Positions 1-10,500 of a stretch of DNA of 64,000 bases are shown in pieces. Position 1 is the first letter of the stretch. The number at the start of each line of letters is the position of its first letter. Position numbers and translations under genes: made by a program. The stretch comes from a virus (taxonomy: Duplodnaviria > Caudoviricetes): the IMG/VR virus record IMGVR_UViG_3300017716_001697, positions 300,577 to 364,576 of that record. One strand, given 5' to 3'. Under the pieces are notes generated by a model. That model did not search any database and had not been told where the DNA came from. It saw only the letters and a program-made list of their open reading frames with translations.

Positions 1-59
1 AATGTAGAAAAGGTGTTATAGTCAAGGGCCTGTATTGGGCCGCCTGTAGCGTAAGTCAT
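1..59 (-). CDS. 5' part of a virion protein gene running off the window edge (MTYATGGPIQALDYNTFST...)
   Basis: Not in ORF track. ATG at 59 preceded by GGAGA RBS; frame open to the window edge; follows the 78..578 gene in the same operon. Confidence 0.75.
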   Translation of the reverse strand, partial: MTYATGGPIQALDYNTFST

Positions 60-77
60 ATATTATCTCCAGTTGGT

Positions 78-578
78 TTAAGAATAGACCGCTGGGAATA
101 TTTGGCGATATGCTCCATTTGCCCATATAGAAATAACTGATCCTACAATAAGGATATCGCCGTCTTCTTCTAACCCCGGAGTCGGATTAACAACAGGTAC
201 GTGGCCGCCGCGAATAATAATTTCGCCTGCTGGATTTGCCACAACCACCTGACTCCAGTTTGCTGCGCCACCCGAAGTTGCACTAGAATTTCTGACGTGC
301 AACACCCCTGTAGTGGTAGATGTCTTTTCAAACCACAGCTGACCTTGTACCGCGAATGCGTCACCTGGCCTAAATGCTGTAGTGCTTGCAAAGTTCTCAG
401 TCATTTGCAAGAAGTTTTGTGCAGTAGGTGCACCGTAATTAATTGCGTTACGGCCTACAAGCTGAGTACCGACACCAACACCCGGGCCGTGTGCATTTGC
501 ATTATAGAATGCGGTATCTATTGCATTATCCGGCACAATAACCGGTGTACCGTCTGCATGATAAATTGTGTATGACAT
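78..578 (-). CDS. Baseplate or fibre-associated structural protein (166 aa)
   Basis: AAGGA RBS; GATAAATA box at 602-609; N-terminus MSYTIYHADGT and GQLWFEKT motif typical of phage virion proteins. Confidence 0.55.
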   Translation of the reverse strand: MSYTIYHADGTPVIVPDNAIDTAFYNANAHGPGVGVGTQLVGRNAINYGAPTAQNFLQMTENFASTTAFRPGDAFAVQGQLWFEKTSTTTGVLHVRNSSATSGGAANWSQVVVANPAGEIIIRGGHVPVVNPTPGLEEDGDILIVGSVISIWANGAYRQIFPAVYS

Positions 579-607
579 TAGTGAAATTCCTTAGTTTTTG
601 TTATTTA

Positions 608-1369
608 TCAATTTGCACCCATCTGTATGCGTAAGGTGTAGATGATTTCGAGTGACCTGTTTGATGCTTTTTGAATTGGATGAAAAACAACATGTGTTAT
701 CATCAACTTAGATTTGGCACCTATTTGCTTAGAGAAATTTACGCCCTGGTTAATAAAATTATCAACCTCGGAAGTTGTTTGAGTAAAATTACCAGCAAAT
801 AAATTCTCAGACCCAACGAACAGGCCTATTTCGTTGAATACCATCTCGTTTGCGTTAGAGATACCGTTTGTTGATAACGGAGTACCAACGAACGTCGAAT
901 TATCGAGTAACGATTGTGTTATAGAAGTTGGGCCTGCTGCACTCGACGGCGGCTCGCTGTAGCTTAACGTAACATCCACGACTATGTCTTCGTAATTCGT
1001 AGATATATCAGCAGACGGGATATATGCCTTAGAAAACTGTTGATAGTTCAGGGAATCAGTTGAATCATTTGATAATTTCTTTACGTATATAGTGTTATAC
1101 AAATTAGCGGTAGGATTCTTTACTAAACTAGACGAACCACCGATTGACGGTTTGTATGAAATGATACCGGTCGGGCCGACATATGCTCCGCCATTACCGA
1201 ATGCCATATAGCACAGAAAGCTATCTGGATTACCTATAAGGGCGTGCGCCAAAGCGGTAGATAGGTTCCCATATAGGACATCATTATGAGTATCAAGTAA
1301 TACCTCTTTAGTATCTTTATCAATAATCTTAACAAATCCCTGGATTGAACCACGAATAAATTCCTGCAT
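608..1369 (-). CDS. Putative baseplate structural protein (253 aa)
   Basis: Position in baseplate operon; MAFGNGG, FNEIGL and THVVFHPIQK motifs; function inferred from context. Confidence 0.5.
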   Translation of the reverse strand: MQEFIRGSIQGFVKIIDKDTKEVLLDTHNDVLYGNLSTALAHALIGNPDSFLCYMAFGNGGAYVGPTGIISYKPSIGGSSSLVKNPTANLYNTIYVKKLSNDSTDSLNYQQFSKAYIPSADISTNYEDIVVDVTLSYSEPPSSAAGPTSITQSLLDNSTFVGTPLSTNGISNANEMVFNEIGLFVGSENLFAGNFTQTTSEVDNFINQGVNFSKQIGAKSKLMITHVVFHPIQKASNRSLEIIYTLRIQMGAN

Positions 1370-1370
1370 C

Positions 1371-1520
1371 TTAACCCCTTTTATTTACAAACACTTCGCC
1401 TGTATCTTTATCTCTTATCAGCACATGACAATGTACTTCTACATTAGCAATATCCATATACCCGGATTCCTTTACTGGCTCGGGTTTCGGTGTGTCTACT
1501 TTGTCTTCAACGTTGTCCAT
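1371..1520 (-). CDS. Small 49-aa protein (MDNVEDKVDTPKPEPVKESGYMDIANVEVHCHVLIRDKDTGEVFVNKRG)
   Basis: Below the track length cut-off. AAGGA RBS; GATAAATA box at 1542-1549; fills the gap exactly, with its stop 1 nt before the next ATG. Confidence 0.8.
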   Translation of the reverse strand: MDNVEDKVDTPKPEPVKESGYMDIANVEVHCHVLIRDKDTGEVFVNKRG

Positions 1521-1574
1521 AATGTCCTTTGCTATTTGCTTTATTTATCATCATAATTATATACTCATTTTATA

Positions 1575-4500
1575 TTACAGGATTGCAGTACCTGGCTCAC
1601 GCTTTAGCATCTCTGCTTCGGGGGTCGCAGCATACCAGATACCACCATCCGACGCCTTTGTTATGTTTGTGTACATATCCGAATCCCACCCGTAGCTATC
1701 CCACGGCAAGAAATCATATTGCCCCGGACCGGTTACTCCAGCAGGGTCGACTGCATTCCATACAGTGCTGTTGGAGATAGCAGGTAACTCATTGAATTTT
1801 TCAATCCAGACAATATTCGGTACCAGTGTTAATGGATCTGCGAAACTAGGTACAAGGGCAGTGTGTTCAACAGGCGCTGTACCATTTGTTCCGCGACGTA
1901 CCAAAGATAACTCCCATGTGTTGGCCGCAGATTCGGTCTTTGATCTGTACTCAATTCGTTCACCGTTAATCCATATAACGCCCGGTGTCGAGCTAGGACC
2001 CGGGTTAGGTAGAATATCTGTAGTTATAGGATGTGTCAACGGATCGATAAACACAGTAATAATTTCGGTATAATCTGTTCCAGCTGATGGTGCAGGCAAA
2101 TCAAACATTAATATACCCGAATCTAATTCAGAATTTCTATAGATATGATTTTGCCCTATGCCTAAATTCTGCCTGTAACTAACAGTCACTGGCAAGAATT
2201 CCAGTGTAACAGGGTCAGCAGGATTATATATAGGGCTTCCACCTGCAGCGACTATCTGTGCCGCAACCAATGGATCGACATCGGATACGGAATCACCCCA
2301 CGGTGCATATGGATGCAATATACCACCTACATTGTTAACAGGCAGACGTGTATCTACATTAACAACAAAGTCATCTTTAGGGAAACCGTATGCAACTTCT
2401 GTACGGTTTGTTCCGTAGTTAAAGCGCATTATTCCGCCACCATTCCACAACACTAGCGCAACAGGTGTTGATGCCACAGGTGCAAAGAAATATGCTGTAT
2501 AATTAAGGTCTACTTCATTGTACTCTACATAATAATCCTTGCCATACAACAATATGTCGGCACCAATTGTAACGCTAACAACACTAGACGGTGTAATGAA
2601 TGTCTGTGGATTGTTTAAATTGATACTGTTAAAATCAAATGTGTAAGGATACAACTGTGAATAGCCGATCTTAGAAGCATCAAAATTAGTCAACTCTATT
2701 GTGTAGACATCCTCTTCTGCTACAAATTGTTTTGCTAAACATGTATCCCACCAGAATGTATCCCATTGCGAATTTGCTAATGGATCAATACAGTTGACTT
2801 CCCACGGTGCAGGTGCATATGGATCTACTGTAAGTGAATAATTTTCAGGGCAGACATCCCAGGACACTGCTTCCCAATATCCTACTTCGTTCGGATCTTC
2901 GCAGCTAACGTCCCAGTTACCATTTTCGTAAGGGCCACCAAAATCAGGGCCGAACTGGATGATAGTCTTAAGTTTGAAATCATTATCAAACGCTGTACCT
3001 GTTGCAATATCAGAAATAAGGTGAGTACTCGTGTAATCACGTATTTGTGTATGGTAAGGCTTAGAATCAACAATATAACTCATGATATTGTTAATCTGAT
3101 CTGGTTGATAGATACGAGATTGTTTAATCGGTATGTTATTTTCCTTTATGTATATGTAGGAAGACTTGAATGCCCAATTCTGGTTCTTCTGCTCGCTGAA
3201 GACATAATTCAACATTGCAAAATACAATTCATTCTGGAACACAACATAACTATTAACGAACACTTCTGTTCTAAATGCCTTTAGAAGTTCTCTTAATTCA
3301 ACCGATAATCCATATACATTATGTGTTGTATATATCGTATCTAGTAATTTTATAGCAGATGCTTCTATACCGACCTTCAAGAAACTCTGTGTAGCGACAT
3401 TGGTGTTAAGTTGCACAACTGCATACAACACATATCTTCCATCAGGTGTTCCTTCAATTACTTCGACAATTGCGCCAGTGTTTAGCTTACCGGCATTCAG
3501 TGCAGTAGTGGCCTGTGTAAGCGATGTGAACACAACAGATGGTGCTACATCGTCGTAACCGAGTTCATACCATGTTGTGTAATCCCAGTATTCGCTTGTT
3601 TTAACGCCTGTGTTCCAGTCTGGTGTCTTGTCCCTGATAGCGATACGTTTTAGCAAATTGTTACCTGCTTGCACAAATATCTTTCTTGCTGCGTAAAGAT
3701 CCATGAACATACCCTGACGTGGGCGGTAAGTGATACCGAACTTCTCAGCTTCGCTCAACGATGGATCAGGTACAGGTAACACTTCGCCGTAGAATGCTGA
3801 TACTGTGTCAATTGCATCATCCCACGGTGCTATATCCCATCCGTATATATCCCACGGTAAGTCATGCCCAACAAAGATGCTGTTACTCCACTCTTCAGAT
3901 GCAGGTAGTACCTTTGTGTATGCACAAATACTATCTACCATTTTATTCCAGAATTGATCAGTAATCAACGATGCAGTGTCACCTTCGCGGAATAATTTCC
4001 ATTGCGAATGCTCTTGGTCGTTACGTTCTGCAAGACGATACTTGATCTGAACATTATCACCCTTGTAGGCAAGAATTTCTTGTACATTATAGAACATGTA
4101 AGAATTGTTTATTTCGGACTGTTGTATAGGCGAGAAGAATACAAACTGCTGACTTCTAGGTGCGAATAGCAATCTAGAAACATCAAGGGCAGCTAGTGTA
4201 CGATTTTCGATAACAGGCTTACTAATAGGATTTAACACCCAGAAGTAATAGTTAACTTCGGTTATGTTAGTAAATCTGTTCGAAGATTCTATTCTTACAT
4301 AGGTAGTCAAACTTCTAGGTGTACCAGATCCTGCATATTTTGCAGGTGGAACTGGACTCTTAACCCATTCGTAAATATCTACAGAACTGCCTGGAAACAT
4401 TTGTCCCCAACGATCGCGACGGTACACTAGATTTTGTGTAGGTGTTTCACTACCATCTAAAGCAGCAGGTTGTTCATAATAAGCATATCTCATGCTAGAC

Positions 4501-7500
4501 ATATCCCACCATAGTTTACCAACTTGTGGTTCACCGAATATAATGTTTTCACTATAAAGACGTGCATCCCCGGTGACATTATATCTTGCAGGATCTTGCA
4601 ATAACATATATGTGATATTCTGTTTTGCAGGACCAGGTAAGATTGCCTTAAATGGATCATACACTGGAAGCAATACCAATTCGTTTTCGATTCTGCGCTG
4701 GAATACCTGCGCACTACTGAACAACGAAGTGTTGATTAATGTTTCTTGCACACGGTATGGTGTGAAGTACATTGGTCCAATGGTATCCCATCCGTAGTCG
4801 TATGTGTACGGATAAGCCCAGAATTCCTTCACAGTAGGATCCCAGTAAGTAATGTCCCAATAGCCAGGATCTGCTGTAATCCTGACGACTGCCCATTTAT
4901 TAGCAATATCGTCGACCCATATTAGATCACCTAAGCCTACATACTTAGGTAACAACGGTTCAATCGGCTGCTCAGTCCAGCGCATTGTCTTGAACAATAG
5001 CAAGTCGGTAAAGAATTCAAATACCCCGATTTCGTCGGCTTGTATAGGGTCACCAGCTACATTTAATAATTTATAACTGTTATAAGATATCAGTGTAGTA
5101 GGATCTGTGTATAATCCGTTATCTTCGAATCTAACTGCATAGTTTGTTGCAGGATCAACCTTTCCATCAATAACAATCTGCAAACAAATCATATTACCGT
5201 AATCAGTTCTACCATCAGACGATGCTGAAAGTTGTGGTAATATTTCTTGATTTACTACATTCTGATATCCACTTCCTTGGTTCACTACAGCTACAGAGAC
5301 AATCTGTCCTGCATTAGTAACTGATGTAATTTGGAACTTAGCGTCTACATATCCGGGATCATACGAAATTGCCCTGCTTGCGACAATTACATCAGCGGAA
5401 GAATACCCCGTGCCTTGATCAACAATAGTTACAGAAGTTATATATCCATTATCGTCTACAGTAGGATATAATACAGCACCGTAACCTGTTGCTGTCTGAG
5501 TCGCTTGCTCAATGGTTATAATAGGCGTAATTTCGTATCCTGAGCCGCCATTGGTAATAGTGAATCCTGTGATAACACCGTATTCAATTATTGCTGTAAC
5601 TTTTGCTGTTTCTGTACACGGCCCGTCGATAATGATTTCGGGTGTAACGGTATAATAACCACCAGGATTAGTAAGTTCAATAGATGTAAGTATCCCGTCG
5701 GTTATCTCTGGATATAATACAGCAGGTGTCGTAGAAGATCCTGTTATCGTAATCGTAGGTGTGGTTGTGTAACCGCTGCCACCTTCGGTTATAGTAACTT
5801 TGTTTATAACCCCATTATTAATGGTAGATGTAAAAGATGCATCTACAATGGCAGGTACTGGCAATGTTACTACCGGATTTGTGCTATATCCAGCGCCCGG
5901 ATTAGTGATGCTGACACTTGTTATGATACCGCCCACGATGCCAGCAATGCCTGTAGCGGTGATTGCGATAGGTGCGTCGACTACACATGTAGGAGGAATC
6001 ATAAAATATGATCCTCCGTCTACTATATCAACATCAATAAGTTTTCCATCAACTATTACTGCATTCAATACAGCCGGATGATACGTAAATCCACCTACTA
6101 CAGTAATTACGGGAATTGTTGTATAATATCCACCTTGCTCCGTAATAGTAGCAGTGTTAACAACACCATCTTCTGTTGTACATGTCAATGATGCAGGTGT
6201 CGTACATGGCCCCGTAATTACCAATGATGGTGGTGTTAGATATCCACTTCCGCCATCATCAATAGTGGCCGAAGTAATGACGCCATCAGTAACATATATT
6301 GTAATTTGAGCAGATGTTATATTGCTTCCTACTACAGAAATTGTTGGTGGAATAAAATTACTATATCCGGTACCGCCGTTAACGATAGTTACACCAGTAA
6401 CAACTCCGTCGGCTGTCGATAAAGTTACTTCGGCCCGGGTTGTTACTGGTGGCGCAATAGTAAGTATCGGTGCGGAAGTATAGCCGGAACCAGATACAAC
6501 AATCGTTAAATTACCAACAATGCCACCGATTGCTGTTGCAGTTATGACGCCACCAATTAGAGACGGTTTTACCGCAGTTACTGTAGGTGGTACTGTGTAT
6601 CCAGAACCACCGCTAGCAATGTATATCCCGTTGATAACTCCGCCTGCAATAGTTGCCAATGCAGACGCAGGTGTAGTACATGCGCCGGTAATTGAAATTT
6701 CCGGCGCAACTGCATATCCACTGCCACCGTTTACTATGCTAATACTGGTTACTACGCCATCTGCTATCTCAACAATTGCCGACGCCGGGGTTATACATGC
6801 ACCAGTAATTTCGACTGTAGGTGCAACTGCAAATCCACTACCACCATTTACTATGATAAAATTAGTAATGATACCGTCTGTTATATTTGCATTTGCGGAC
6901 GCATCACTAGGTGGAATGATGTCAAGACGACTACGAGTTTCACGATCGGTTAGCAGTAACAAATCAGATGCAGTTTGTGCCACTCTCCATGTATTAGCAA
7001 GGTACGGTGCTGATTTTATATTCACCATCTTATAGACATCCCAGTCTTCTGTGAATGTCTTAGCAACCCATACTGTGTCATTTTCTGCAGGATTGAATAA
7101 TCTTGTGCCCCACAATGTTTGTGTCTGGATAGGGTCAAATGATGTCCATGTGACGTCATTGAAATTCACATATCCTGCGTTTGGCATAGAATATTCTATG
7201 TTGGTCGTAGTCGGGAATTCCAACGAATATGCTGGATCATTTGGTCTAACAATCCATTTTGCCACATCATCGACATCAATGTCGACTACATTATCAAGCT
7301 TCTCGTCTCTAGCTATCTGGCCTTGCCATACGGCATACAATCTGTCTAACTGGTGTAGATCTACAGTTGATTCAACAGTAACATTAGGTGCCGATAGATA
7401 TCCATATCCTTTGTCTGTCATATCTACACGCGAAATTTTGCCAAGCGCATCTAATACTGCGAATGCTTTTGCAGGACGTAGCGGACCAGTCAGACCCGGA

Positions 7501-10500
7501 TCTGTAGGATCAGCATCGGGAAGAGAAATTGCAATGCGCGGAACACTTGTATATCTGTTCTGTGCATTTACTATATTAACTTCTCTTACAAATCCTATAT
7601 TAGACGGAATAAAATTCAAACGTGCAACAATAACTTCACCGGAATTCTGTTCAGGTGTTAACACGAACTCAGTAGAAACCTGTTCTATTGTGTTACCTAA
7701 ATCAGATAATTTAAGTGCCCATTCTTCGTACACTTCAATTGTTTCGTTATCCTGCACCTTTGTTGATCTAAATAACTTATCAAATGCTTGGCGCGTACCC
7801 TTCTGTCTGATAGCACCTTGATAGAACAAATACTGAACGTCATTAGACACCTGTAGATTATCTAGATAGCTCTTGCTTTCATATCCAATAAGGTGCTGTC
7901 CTAACGCTTCTAGGCTTGGATTATCTAACAACACATCGGGATCATAGAAAAATCTCATCGAATCTACAATGGTGTTGAAGTTAGGCACCAATTCGTTATC
8001 TAAGATTAAATAACCGGGCGCTTCTTTCTTACCGAACCACGCATTGCTTCTGGCGCCAGTAAATTTTAGACGTTGTTGTCTTGCACGTAATAGTGGATCA
8101 TAAACAATATCGTTGAAACTGGTCGTGTTATCAAATATCAACACATGTTCTGTTTCGGCTGCACTTACTTGTAGGAAGTATATTCCGCCAGCCTGCAAAT
8201 CAGCCGGAGAAACTGCAATATACATGTTATCTCTATCAGTAACCGTGCTATTAGGCGGGATAGCAATACCGTATTTGTCTAAGATACTGTAGACACCATT
8301 AGCAATAGTTTCTACATCGTTAGGGTAGCCGCGCTCAACAACAAGCATGGCGTTATTTGCCGCTGGGCTAAGTTGGATACTCGAATCTGGCATCCAGTTG
8401 GTGTTTATCCAGAATAAGAACTGTTTGGCTGAATACAACCAGTCGCTAATTTGATTTGTGTCTATACTTACATCAGTGAATTGCCAACCCTGCGACTCTA
8501 GATATGCACCCCAACCGATAAGGAAATCAAATACATCTTGTGGAGTATCTAATATTGTGCCATAAGGTATGGTATGAGATGTGACTTCCGAAATTGGTCT
8601 GTATATAACAGACGAGCCGCCGATTGTCGGTAATGCCCGCAATTTTTGCCAGTTGTCTATGTTAAACTTGCCTGCAACAATCGTACCTATGCTGGTATAA
8701 TATACACCATTGTATCTAACAATTTCGCCCGGTGTATATGTTTCGCCGAGTGTGTATATATGGAATTCAGCAGGAGTTCCACCGATAGTTATATCAATGA
8801 TCTGAGCATTTGACCTGTCTAAAATTGTGAATTCAGAATTCAACAAATCATATCCGTATACAACAAATTTGCCCTCGGTGCTAACCCTAATAATGACACC
8901 ACTATATGCGTAAGTCTTTATAGGTTGACCTTTATGCAAGATTGTCTGGAAATTGTTTGTAGGCACTAGCAGACTAGTTGTGGTCGCTGTTGGCGATACA
9001 GATTCTATGTATGTAGATACTGTATCTTTATTTGTGAATCCAGCAAATTTATTAGCAAGATTTACATCCAAAGTACGAACCTTGTTACCAAATACGGTAG
9101 AAATATCTTGTCCCAGGAATAACAATCTATCGCTAATCCAGCGTTGGTATCCAAAGCGAACTGCCGGAGTACCATCAACGGATTCGGCATGCACTACTTG
9201 AGTTGCATTCTTTGGGCGCATCCATGCAAAGAATGGATCACTATCTGTGAATGTATCATTCTGCACATATTGCCAATTGTTGTTGGACATGACTGGTCCG
9301 TAGACACCCGGTATATCAATTAAGCCAGGCGATAAATCAGTGCCGATTGTGTCGAATAGTAATTCGCCGAATGGGCCCGGCTTCATTAGGTACAAGAATT
9401 CTTGCACAGAGAATGCATAACCGGATGTAGACATCCATGCTTGCTCAACCGGAGCACCATCACCATACACCCACGGATTATCAAATCCGTCAAACGGTGC
9501 ATACATGTTACCGGACATTGCGACATTAAATATTGTCGGTACAGGTATAATATTACCCATTGTATCAACAGGCATAACTGTTGATAGGCCAGGTCGTGCC
9601 CACATTTCTTGCACTTGTGGCAATAATGTTTCAGGATCAAAAATAGCCGTTGGCCCTTGTCTAATCATACCCAATTCTAAATCAGCCCATAATGCTGTAT
9701 TAGTAGATGACCAATTTGTGCCATATTCCGCAACCCACCACACTGGCTGAGAGCTGAACCCTAGCATTTCCCATGGGCGTGTATTAGGGTAAATGGTGTC
9801 ATAGTAATACTGGAAAATACCTTTCCAATTACCGGGTAAATTAAGTTTTGTGCCGCCGGGGGTTACTGCTTCAGCATAATTATATAGCTTCCATAATTGT
9901 GGCGAATTTGTTGGTAAATCAGCACTTGCGTACAGCCAATCGTTAACATGATAGTTCGCTTTATTACTTGCTGTCCACTTGTTTAGATAAGACTGCGTTA
10001 TGTCTAAAAATTCTGCACGAGAATATCTTGTCTGTCTAAAGTAACCAGACTTAACATCTTCAAGACGCAATGGCAAATGATATTCATTTCTGAATCTGTA
10101 TTGCAATAAATTGTAGATTCGCTTTTCTAATTCAAGCAACAACTGATCGCGGTAATCGCCGTAAGCAATGGTCTTAGAACCATCATGCCCAATAATTACA
10201 TTCGTTGGGATTGTGTAAGATGTATCTAATTCTATACGTGGGATATACACACTATATGCACCAACCTTGGTAGGTGTAGATGGAACATAAGCAGGTATAT
10301 AGGCAGGCACTGGGTTTGTGTAAAGTGCCACAAACATATTCTTACCTATCAACGATGCATCAAATTTAATTTCTATAGCAAGGTTGGTCGATATAATTTC
10401 GTAATCGACGCCGATTGTTAGTATTCTCTCATGTCCGGAAATATCGTAGATATACAGTGCCGAACGTGGATTATCTAAATCTAAATATGTATCTAGTGTC

